From: Christensenellales bacterium
GTDB lineage: Bacteria; Bacillota; Clostridia; Christensenellales; SZUA-584
Assembly (NCBI GenBank): GCA_050943215.1
Contig: JBMNOU010000001.1
Span: 9,618-73,617, forward strand
Direction: 5' to 3'
Length of the DNA: 64,000 nt
The notes under the pieces are model-generated. The model saw nothing but the letters and a program-made list of their open reading frames with translations, ran no database searches and had not been told where the DNA came from. A program made the position numbers and the translations under genes. This document shows, piece by piece, positions 39,479 to 47,593 of this stretch. How positions within the stretch are numbered: the first letter of the stretch is position 1; every line of letters starts with the position of its first letter.

Positions 39479-40300
39479 ATGTCAATTGGCAAAGTCATTG
39501 CGATATGCAACCAAAAGGGCGGCGTTACCAAGACCACGACAACGGCGAATTTGGGCATTGGATTAGCTATGCAGGGGAAAAAGGTGCTGCTTGTGGATGC
39601 AGACCCGCAGGGCGATTTAACCACCGCGCTTGGTTGGCCGGACAATGAAAGCCTGCCCGTCACACTTTCCACCATCATGGATAAAATCATCCGTGACGAG
39701 GACTTTGAGCATTACGAGGGCATCTTGCACCACGATGAAGGCGTTGACCTGATACCGTCCAGTATTGAACTTTCCGGCATGGAAATGACACTTGTAACCG
39801 CCATGAGCAGGGAGTTTACCCTGCGCGAATATCTTGGCCGCATCAAACATGAGTATGATTATGTGATTATCGACTGTATGCCGAATTTGGGCATGATTAC
39901 GATCAACGCGCTTGCGGCGGCTGATTCGGTCATTGTACCTGTTCAGGCACAATATCTGCCTGCAAAGGGCATGACGCAGTTGATGAAAACCATCGGCAAG
40001 GTGAAAAAGCAGATTAACCCCGCTTTAAAAGTGGACGGAGTTTTATTGACCCTTGCTGATATGCGTACCAACCTTGCAAAAGCGACGGAACAAACCCTGC
40101 GTAAGCAGTACGGCAATGTCCTGAAAATCTACAAAACGCAGATTCCCGTAGCGGTTAAAGCCGCTGAAACCAGCGCAATGGGACAGAGTATTTACACCTA
40201 TGACAAAGGGAGTAAGGTTGCGCAGGCATATGCCGAGTTCACAAAGGAGGTGCTTGGCTGTGGCGAAAGAAATAAAGCTAAACCTGCCATCAGCAGATAG
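39479..40300 (+). CDS. parA: ParA-family partition ATPase
   Basis: Deviant Walker A NQKGGVTKTTT. The start is trimmed to ATG 39479. Confidence 0.9.
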   Translation: MSIGKVIAICNQKGGVTKTTTTANLGIGLAMQGKKVLLVDADPQGDLTTALGWPDNESLPVTLSTIMDKIIRDEDFEHYEGILHHDEGVDLIPSSIELSGMEMTLVTAMSREFTLREYLGRIKHEYDYVIIDCMPNLGMITINALAAADSVIVPVQAQYLPAKGMTQLMKTIGKVKKQINPALKVDGVLLTLADMRTNLAKATEQTLRKQYGNVLKIYKTQIPVAVKAAETSAMGQSIYTYDKGSKVAQAYAEFTKEVLGCGERNKAKPAISR

Positions 40301-41312
40301 TCTCTTTACCACACAGGAGGAACGGGACGACGCGAAGCTGGAACGGGTAATGGATTTGCCATTATCTGAAATCAGCGATTTTCCCGATCACCCGTTCAAG
40401 GTACGGATGGACGCTGAAATGCAGGAAATGGCCGAGAGCGTCAAGCAATACGGCGTGTTAGTTCCCGGCCTTGTGCGCCCCAAAGATGGCAGCGGATATG
40501 AGATGGTTGCCGGGCACCGACGCAAAACGGCAAGCAAATTGGCGCAGCGCGAAACCATGCCCTGCATTATCCGCAATTTAACGGACGATGAAGCGACCAT
40601 AATCATGGTGGACAGTAATTTGCAGCGTGAAAAAATCCTGCCATCTGAAAAGGCGTTCGCGTATAAGATGAAGCTGGATGCCATGAAGCGGCAAGCAGGT
40701 AGACCGAGTAAAGATAATTCTGCCCCAGTGGGGCAGGATTTCGAGGGAAAAACTTCGAGAGAATTATTAGCGGAAAAATCGCCTGACAGTCACTCTCAAA
40801 TCCAACGATATATCCGCTTAACCGAGTTAATCCCGGAACTACTGGAAATGGTGGATAATGCGGCGTTGGGCGAAAAACCGCAAGTTTCTATCGCCATGCG
40901 CCCCGCTGTGGAACTTTCCTACCTGCCGAAAGAACAACAGCAGTTTGTATTAAGCGCAATCCAAAGTGAAATCTGTACGCCATCCCATGACCAAACGCTT
41001 AGAATGCGGGAAAAATCAAAAGAAGGATTGTTGGATGAAGATGCGGTTTTATCCATCATGCAGGAGGAAAAGCCCAACCAGGCAGAGCAGTTCAAGCTGC
41101 CAAAGGAAAAACTCAGCAAGTTCTTTGCACCGGGGACGCCCGCGCAGAAAATAGAGGACACCATCATCAAAGCATTGGAGCTTTACCGCCAGCGCGAACG
41201 CAACCGGGACGCAAGGCAACGCACGTCAAGGGAGGACTCTGTTCTTTTACCCCGCCGCTATGGTTTGCCGCATTTCCCCTCTCCCAGACCCTCACCCCCT
41301 AAAACCAGCTAA
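40260..41312 (+). CDS. parB: ParB/Spo0J-like nuclease-domain protein
   Basis: ParB N-terminal domain (PFKVRMD...LVRP...YEMVAGHRRKTASKLA). The probable GTG start at 40260 (VAKEIKLNLP) overlaps the parA end. Confidence 0.8.
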   Translation: MAKEIKLNLPSADSLFTTQEERDDAKLERVMDLPLSEISDFPDHPFKVRMDAEMQEMAESVKQYGVLVPGLVRPKDGSGYEMVAGHRRKTASKLAQRETMPCIIRNLTDDEATIIMVDSNLQREKILPSEKAFAYKMKLDAMKRQAGRPSKDNSAPVGQDFEGKTSRELLAEKSPDSHSQIQRYIRLTELIPELLEMVDNAALGEKPQVSIAMRPAVELSYLPKEQQQFVLSAIQSEICTPSHDQTLRMREKSKEGLLDEDAVLSIMQEEKPNQAEQFKLPKEKLSKFFAPGTPAQKIEDTIIKALELYRQRERNRDARQRTSREDSVLLPRRYGLPHFPSPRPSPPKTS

Positions 41313-41546
41313 CCAGCCGAAAAAGAAAATAGTATGCTGTTCTTTCTTTAATAGTAATCCCATGCTTTTATGCAATAGGGCCGCAGCAATCCATAGGCGG
41401 CTTTTCTGCTTGGCGGATGCGCGTGGGAAACGGCTTCTTTTTTCGGCTGGTAAGATCAAGAGTTCAAGCAACAAATCATCAACGTAACGAAAATACCGGG
41501 CAATGCGTCCGGCATTTTTTTATGCGAAAAATCAAGGAGGCAGTCC

Positions 41547-44500
41547 ATGAAAAAGAAATTGAACCATGTGAGCAGGCGCATGTTGGCTATGCTGTTGTGC
41601 GTCCTCTCACTTCTTGCGCTCATCCCTTCCACTGCATTTACCGCGTCGCAGGTACAGGTGGAATCGCGCAATGTCACTAATTATTTTGAATATATCAGCG
41701 GTTCGGGGACATGGGAGGAATTGAAAACCCCAGAACACTATATTGTTGGGACAAATGAAATGGCCTACTGCTTGCAACACAAAAAGAGCAGCCCCCATGT
41801 AGGCAACAACTTTAACAAAGTGGAGCTATCCGACTTCTATTCTTCCCGCGTTGTTACCGGGCTTCAAATCATATTAGAACGCGGTTATCCGGCTGAAACG
41901 CCGTCCAATTTAACGGCGGTACAGGCGCGGTATGCTACAGCCAATGCCATCCGGTTTTGGTTGTCGGAAAACGGCGATGCCGATCAATACAATTTCACCA
42001 ACCGGCAGAGCAATCCGGGTAGCATCCGCGCCGAGAGCGGACAGCAGGCGGTACTGGATTACGCCGACCAGCTATTGGCGTATGCTCGCAGCCAGCAAAG
42101 GCTGGAGCATAGGGTCGCGTTCTCTCCTGCCAGCCTCAGCATGGCGCTATCGGGAGATTACTTTGTTGGCACGACTACCGTATCGCTGACCAACTGCAAC
42201 GGCGGGTATACCCTCGACCAAAGCAGCCTGCCGTCCGGCTCACAGGTAAGCGGATATACGTGCAGGAACGGCGATGTGCTGACCATCAGAATTCCTGCTG
42301 AGTATGGCAACAGAAGCATCACGCTGCAGGCAAATGGCCTGGATGACCGTGTGGCGGCGAATATCTTCATGTACGCCAGCACTTCGAGCAGCATTCAGAA
42401 CGTAATCACCATCGGCATGGGCAGCTATCGCGCTGCAGGCGAAGGTTCGATTCTGCTCAACACCCCGGCGTATGGCAGCATCGATATTGTCAAAACCACC
42501 AAGAACAACGGCGGCAGCGTATCGGGCTTTCAATTCCGTGTCACAAAGCAGGACGGTACGCTCATTGGAACGTATGTGAGCGGCAGCAACGGCAAAATAA
42601 ATGTCCCCAATCTTCTTGCCGGATGGTATAAGGTTGAAGAAATCAACCTTTCGGACGAGTTTGTAAAGCCGTCCCCCAACCCCGTAGATATTGAGGTAAA
42701 GAGTGGACAGACGGCAACGGCCAGCTTCGACAATGTGAAGAAAATGGGCGTGATTACCGTGCAAAAGAGCAACCCCAATCCCGTCATGGGCAATTATTCT
42801 CTTGCGGGCGCGGAGTTCACCGTCAAAGACGCGGGCGGCGCGGTGGTGAATACCATCGTAACGGGCGCGAACGGAAAGGGACAATCCAAGGCGTTGCCGC
42901 TCGGATCGTACAGCGTTTTTGAATCCAAAGCGCCCTGGGGCTTTGTTGTGGCTAAGACCGTTCACTCCCGTACCCTAACGGGTGCGCAAAGCACGGCGGC
43001 GATCATCTACGCTCCCGAAATTGGTATGCCGGAAAAGCCGCAGGTCGGCAGGATCAAAATCACTAAACAGGACGCCGAGACAGGCAGCGCCGCACAGGGA
43101 GACGCCACGCTTTCGGGCGCGGTGTTCGATTTGTTTGACAGTAAGGGCAATTTGGTGGAACGCCTCTATTGCGGCGATAACACCACGGTAACATCCAAAG
43201 ATGTGCCTTTGGGCAAGGGGTATGTGGTAAAAGAAGTCACGCCGCCAAAGGGGTATACCCTTTCCGGGAAGGAATATACCGTCAACATCGATTACGCCGG
43301 ACAGGATGTGGAGGTCACCCTTGCTTCCACGGAGGTTAAAAACACCGTTATCAAGGGCCGCATACAGATCGTGAAGCACAGTGACGACCCCGACCCACAG
43401 GTTGACCCGGAGAACGAACAAGTGCAGGCCCCGCTTGCAGGCGTGGTGTTCGACGTCTATCTAAAAGCGGCAGGCAGTTACGACAATGCCAAGCCTACAG
43501 AGCGTGACCGCATCACCACTGACGAACACGGCTATGCGCGCACAAAGGATTTGCCTTACGGCTTGTATGTGGTGAAAGAAGTGCAGGGCGTGGACGAACA
43601 TAAGGTTTGCGACCCGTTCGACGCTTTTATCAGCGATAATGACCGCACCTATTATTTCATCATCGAGAACCTCGCCTACTTCGGCAAGGTAAAGATCATC
43701 AAGGTGGACGAGGAAACGGGTAAAACCATTCCGCAGGCCAATATTGAGTTTAAGGTGAAAAACACCGATACGGGCGAATGGGTATCGCAGGAAATCCTCT
43801 ATCCCACGCCTGTCACCATCGACACCTATCTCACCAACACCGAGGGCTGGCTGGTGATGCCATCGCCGCTCAAACACGGCAATTATGAACTCCATGAGGT
43901 GCAAAGTCCTTACGGATATCTGCTTTCGGAGAAAGCCATCCCGTTCAAGGTGACGAGCGACGATCCGCAGGAGTTTCTTGAGGTGAAGATGCCCGATAAA
44001 CCCGCTATGGGCAGAGTGAGCATAGAGAAAACAGGCGAAATGCTTGCAGGCGCGGATGAAATCGAAGGCAAGGTGATGAACATCTATGTTCCCCGCTATG
44101 AGATGCGATCCCTGCCTGACGCGGTTTTTGACATCATCGCCCGAACCGACATCGTTACCCCGGACGGCACAGTACGGGTAAAAGCCGGGACGGTGGTGGA
44201 CACGCTGACCACGGATGAAAACGGCAAAGCGGAATCCAAGCTGCTGTATTTGGGCGACTATTACGCCGTCGAGCGCGAAGCGTCCTTTGGTATGACGCTG
44301 GATGAAACAGAGCATGACTTCTCTTTGGTCTACGAAGATCAGAACACGCCCGTTGTCATTTCACAGGTGGGCGTATTCGATGAGCGGCAAAAGGCAGGCG
44401 TTACGCTTAAAAAGCATTGCGAATTCCCCGAAAACGCCGCCGAGGACTTTAACCCTTACGCCAGTATCGTATTCGGCCTGTTCGCCCGCGAGGATATTCT

Positions 44501-45740
44501 GACAGCAAGCGGCGAGGTCGGCATCCCCAAGAACGGGCTGCTGGAGTATGTTACGCCGGATAGGGACGGCAAAGGCGCTGTGCAAACGAACTTGCCCTTT
44601 GGCAGCTATTATTTCAAAGAACTGCAAACGGGTGCGGGCTATCTCTTGGACGACGCAGAGTACGATATTGCGTTTGAGTACGCCGGACAGGATGTTGCGA
44701 CGGTAGAAATCGCCGTAAACGATGGAAAAGCGATTGAAAACCGCTTGCAGCGCGGCAGCTTAAAGCTCATTAAGACCTTTGAGGGCAAGGAAACGCCGAT
44801 CAAAGGCGTACCGTTTACCATTGTCGGCCCAACGAGCGTGGGTACTGCCGTTACGATCAACGCCGTAACGGATGAGAACGGCGCAATCGTACTCGACAAT
44901 CTGCTGGTTGGGTATTACACCATAAAAGAATTGGACAGCGAACTCACGGCGGGAAATGTGTTGTCCAATGAAGTCACCATTCATGTCGCGCACAACGCCG
45001 TAGCCGATCTGACCATCCACAACAAGCTCATGCACGGCGATCTCAAAATCATCAAGGTGTTTGAGGGCAAGGAAAAACCGATAGCGGGCGTAAAATTCAC
45101 CACCACGGGCAAGACCCTGACCGGCAAGGAGTATTCCGCTGAGTTTGCAACCGATGAAAACGGCTGCATTACCGTGGAGGGCCTGCTTGTGGGTGATTAT
45201 ACCGTAAAGGAAATCGGTTCCGAGTTGACGGTTGGGTATGTGCTGTCTAAAGAACAGACCGCCACCATCGCCCATGAACGGCTTACCGAGATGAAAATCG
45301 AGAACAAGCTGATTCGCGGCGATGTAAAGCTCACCAAGATCGACAAAGAAGGCGGCACGAAGCTGGCCGGAGCGGTGTTTGACCTCTATGGCATGGATGG
45401 CAAGCAGATGGGCGTTTATGTCACCGATAAAAACGGTGAATTGCTCATCAAAGACTTACCTTACGGTACGGGTTACCGACTGATAGAGTCCAAAGCGCCG
45501 GAGGGCTACAAGCTGGATAAGGTGGAGTTTACCTTTGATATTAAAGAAAATGGCGCAACGCTGGAATATGCGGCAGTCAATGAGAAACTTCCCACACCGA
45601 CAAACCCCAAAACGGGCGACGACAGGAACCCGGCATTGTGGGCTATCCTGCTTGGTCTGAGCGCGGCGGGCGGCGTGGTGATGGTGATCTTGGCGTTGCG
45701 TAAAAAAACGGATTTCAACGCCAAGCGGAATGGGGACTAA
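41547..45740 (+). CDS. Cell-wall-anchored adhesin with many Cna-B/SpaA-type repeats
   Basis: 1397 aa. It has a signal peptide and more than 10 repeats of the G.(V/A)F.L...G....T(D/G).(N/D)G......L..G.Y...E...P.GY type. The C-terminal sorting signal is NPKTG followed by a hydrophobic helix and RKK. Confidence 0.85.
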   Translation: MKKKLNHVSRRMLAMLLCVLSLLALIPSTAFTASQVQVESRNVTNYFEYISGSGTWEELKTPEHYIVGTNEMAYCLQHKKSSPHVGNNFNKVELSDFYSSRVVTGLQIILERGYPAETPSNLTAVQARYATANAIRFWLSENGDADQYNFTNRQSNPGSIRAESGQQAVLDYADQLLAYARSQQRLEHRVAFSPASLSMALSGDYFVGTTTVSLTNCNGGYTLDQSSLPSGSQVSGYTCRNGDVLTIRIPAEYGNRSITLQANGLDDRVAANIFMYASTSSSIQNVITIGMGSYRAAGEGSILLNTPAYGSIDIVKTTKNNGGSVSGFQFRVTKQDGTLIGTYVSGSNGKINVPNLLAGWYKVEEINLSDEFVKPSPNPVDIEVKSGQTATASFDNVKKMGVITVQKSNPNPVMGNYSLAGAEFTVKDAGGAVVNTIVTGANGKGQSKALPLGSYSVFESKAPWGFVVAKTVHSRTLTGAQSTAAIIYAPEIGMPEKPQVGRIKITKQDAETGSAAQGDATLSGAVFDLFDSKGNLVERLYCGDNTTVTSKDVPLGKGYVVKEVTPPKGYTLSGKEYTVNIDYAGQDVEVTLASTEVKNTVIKGRIQIVKHSDDPDPQVDPENEQVQAPLAGVVFDVYLKAAGSYDNAKPTERDRITTDEHGYARTKDLPYGLYVVKEVQGVDEHKVCDPFDAFISDNDRTYYFIIENLAYFGKVKIIKVDEETGKTIPQANIEFKVKNTDTGEWVSQEILYPTPVTIDTYLTNTEGWLVMPSPLKHGNYELHEVQSPYGYLLSEKAIPFKVTSDDPQEFLEVKMPDKPAMGRVSIEKTGEMLAGADEIEGKVMNIYVPRYEMRSLPDAVFDIIARTDIVTPDGTVRVKAGTVVDTLTTDENGKAESKLLYLGDYYAVEREASFGMTLDETEHDFSLVYEDQNTPVVISQVGVFDERQKAGVTLKKHCEFPENAAEDFNPYASIVFGLFAREDILTASGEVGIPKNGLLEYVTPDRDGKGAVQTNLPFGSYYFKELQTGAGYLLDDAEYDIAFEYAGQDVATVEIAVNDGKAIENRLQRGSLKLIKTFEGKETPIKGVPFTIVGPTSVGTAVTINAVTDENGAIVLDNLLVGYYTIKELDSELTAGNVLSNEVTIHVAHNAVADLTIHNKLMHGDLKIIKVFEGKEKPIAGVKFTTTGKTLTGKEYSAEFATDENGCITVEGLLVGDYTVKEIGSELTVGYVLSKEQTATIAHERLTEMKIENKLIRGDVKLTKIDKEGGTKLAGAVFDLYGMDGKQMGVYVTDKNGELLIKDLPYGTGYRLIESKAPEGYKLDKVEFTFDIKENGATLEYAAVNEKLPTPTNPKTGDDRNPALWAILLGLSAAGGVVMVILALRKKTDFNAKRNGD

Positions 45741-45755
45741 AAGCAGGAGGTTTCT

Positions 45756-45863
45756 ATGAACGCATTGATAAGATGCCTATTGTTTGCGCTGGTTGTCACA
45801 TGCGCCAGAGCCTATGACGCACTATGCAGCAAGGTACGGAAAGGAGCAGGCTATGGAGCTTAA
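45756..45863 (+). CDS. Possible 35-aa hydrophobic peptide
   Basis: GCAGGAGG RBS 6 nt before ATG 45756. The product is MNALIRCLLFALVVTCARAY.... It is below the ORF-track cut-off. Confidence 0.3.
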   Translation: MNALIRCLLFALVVTCARAYDALCSKVRKGAGYGA

Positions 45864-45945
45864 AACCATTGTAGCAATCGTGCTGGTTGTCTTTATTGTG
45901 GGTGCGGCCGTATGGCTGCACATCCAAAAAAAGAATAAGAAATAA
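45853..45945 (+). CDS. Possible 30-aa single-TM peptide
   Basis: AAAGGAGCAGG before ATG 45853. The product is MELKTIVAIVLVVFIVGAAVWLHIQKKNKK. A terminator follows. Confidence 0.4.
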   Translation: MELKTIVAIVLVVFIVGAAVWLHIQKKNKK

Positions 45946-45961
45946 TCCTGTTTTACTGTAA

Positions 45962-45991
45962 GGGCAGTTTCCAAAAGGGACTGCTCTTTTT
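45962..45991 (+). terminator. Rho-independent terminator
   Basis: GGGCAGTttccaaaaggGACTGCTC followed by TTTTTAT. Confidence 0.6.
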
Positions 45992-46027
45992 ATGTAGTAA
46001 AGGGCATGATGAAAGGAGTAGTAACAC

Positions 46028-46370
46028 ATGAAAGTTTTAATGGTGGAGCCGAATAAATCATCTTATATGATGAAGCAGTAGCGATTGTTTGTAATGAAGA
46101 AGGTAAACTCGATGGATTGCCGCTTAACCGTGCGCTACGGGATGCCGCAGGCAATATTTATGATATCATCGCAGGAATATTCTTCATCTGCGGTCTAAGC
46201 GAAGATAATTTCACTTCCCTTTCACCGGAGCATATGGAAAAATTCAAAGCCAGTTTAAAGACCCAGAAATGTTTAAACGCATTAACGGTAGAATTATAGC
46301 CGTCAAGGTTTCTGAGCAATACGCTGAAATGCGTAACCGTCCGAAGTCACATGATAACCGTGAACGATAA
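46028..46370 (+). pseudogene. Degraded DUF3846-like gene
   Basis: MKVLMVEPNKSSY in one frame stops at 46079. DEAVAIVCNEEGKLDGLPLNRALRD...IAGIFFICGL continues in a second frame. FKDPEMFKRINGRIIAVKV continues in a third frame to TAA 46368-46370. Confidence 0.6.
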
Positions 46371-46395
46371 ACAATAATTGATGCTTGAATTTGTA

Positions 46396-46421
46396 GGCAG
46401 TCTCCGAATGGGACTGCCTTT
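46396..46421 (+). terminator. Hairpin terminator, sequence-related to the one at 45962
   Basis: GGCAGTCtccgaatggGACTGCC followed by TTT. Confidence 0.5.
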
Positions 46422-46488
46422 ACATATAACAGGAAAGAAAGGATGAACGAGTATGAATAAGCTTATGAAATATCGCTTTACATGAGAG

Positions 46489-46719
46489 TTGATAATCACC
46501 GTCTCCTGCAAATTGCTCTATCTATTGCTGCTGGATATTGCAGACATAAAAGGAGAAATTATTATTCCGCAGCGGCATATTAGTGAGGCTTTGGGGGTTA
46601 GCCGTAGCATGGTTAGTTGTAATTTCCGTAGACTGCATAAGCGCGGATACATCGACATTATGCCACAATACAACGAATATGGAGGTAGGATACCCAACAA
46701 GATTATTTTACTGGATTAG
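46489..46719 (+). CDS. Winged-HTH protein (MarR/replication-initiator-like)
   Basis: ISEALGVSRSMVSCNFRRLHKRGYI is a recognition-helix-type segment. The track start is TTG 46489. An in-frame ATG 46453 with an RBS is separated from it by TGA 46483 (see findings). Confidence 0.5.
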   Translation: MIITVSCKLLYLLLLDIADIKGEIIIPQRHISEALGVSRSMVSCNFRRLHKRGYIDIMPQYNEYGGRIPNKIILLD

Positions 46720-46720
46720 G

Positions 46721-46885
46721 ATGGTGAGCGGCGATATGAATAACCGAATCATTAAGATAAGCGATGGTCGCATCTATCATTGTGCTGAGTGTCCTTACCG
46801 CAACCGCGAAACAGGGTTTTGCGGTTTTTGTATGCGGAAGGTTATAGTCGATTTGAAGGAAACAAAAATAAAAAGGAGTCATTGA
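46721..46885 (+). CDS. Small cysteine-rich protein (CxxC...CxxC)
   Basis: YHCAECPYRNRETGFCGFCMRK. The start is ATG 46721 or 46736. It is directly followed by ardA. Confidence 0.5.
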   Translation: MVSGDMNNRIIKISDGRIYHCAECPYRNRETGFCGFCMRKVIVDLKETKIKRSH

Positions 46886-46886
46886 A

Positions 46887-47561
46887 ATGGCATTGATAAG
46901 TGCATTTATCACCAATTTAGGCAAATACAACGAAGGCGAACTTGTAGGAAAGTGGCATGGCTTTCCTACCACAAAGGAAGCTATCATGCAGACATTTCGG
47001 AAAATCGGCATTGACGGTGTCCGTTACGAAGAATTTTTCATTACTGATTATGATTGTGAGATCGATGGGATTTACGACTGCTTGGGTGAACATGCCAATA
47101 TCGATGAATTAAACTATCTTGCTTCTAAACTGGACGATATGGCAAGCTATGAGATCGAGCATTATGAGTCAGCAATAGAGACAGGCGAATATAGCAGCAG
47201 CGTTAAAGATCTGATTAACCTTACCGACAACCTCCACTGCTTTGATTATTTGGAAGGCGTCACTAATGATTACGATCTCGGCTATTATTGGGTTGAAGAA
47301 AGCGGTTGCCACGATACCAAGAGCATGGGCAGCTTGACTAACTATATCGACTATGAGGGGTTTGGAAGGGATATTCGTCTTGAAGAAAGCGGTATATTTG
47401 CCGGCAAGGGCTATATCCGCAACAATGGTGATACGTTCAGCGAAGATTACGACGGAATGAACGTGCCGGATGAATACAAAGTATTTGCTTTACCAAAACC
47501 TAAACTCCTATCACGAAACGCCCCTAAACTAAAAGCAAAACATGATAGGGATGCAAGATAA
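46887..47561 (+). CDS. ardA: Antirestriction protein ArdA
   Basis: The N-terminus ISAFITNLGKYNEGELVGKWHGFPTT, the acidic overall composition and the roughly 220-aa length are typical of ArdA. Confidence 0.85.
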   Translation: MALISAFITNLGKYNEGELVGKWHGFPTTKEAIMQTFRKIGIDGVRYEEFFITDYDCEIDGIYDCLGEHANIDELNYLASKLDDMASYEIEHYESAIETGEYSSSVKDLINLTDNLHCFDYLEGVTNDYDLGYYWVEESGCHDTKSMGSLTNYIDYEGFGRDIRLEESGIFAGKGYIRNNGDTFSEDYDGMNVPDEYKVFALPKPKLLSRNAPKLKAKHDRDAR

Positions 47562-47593
47562 CGCCATCATGCGGATTCTTAATGATAAAGAGA

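Noticed and set aside
42240-44315. Long minus-strand ORFs (241 aa at 42240..42965, 148 aa at 42975..43421, 284 aa at 43461..44315) inside the adhesin gene
   Set aside because: They are antisense to a repeat-rich, GC-rich ORF with clear domain logic. Their products are Arg/His/Ala-rich low-complexity strings with no RBS or motifs. This is typical of shadow ORFs.
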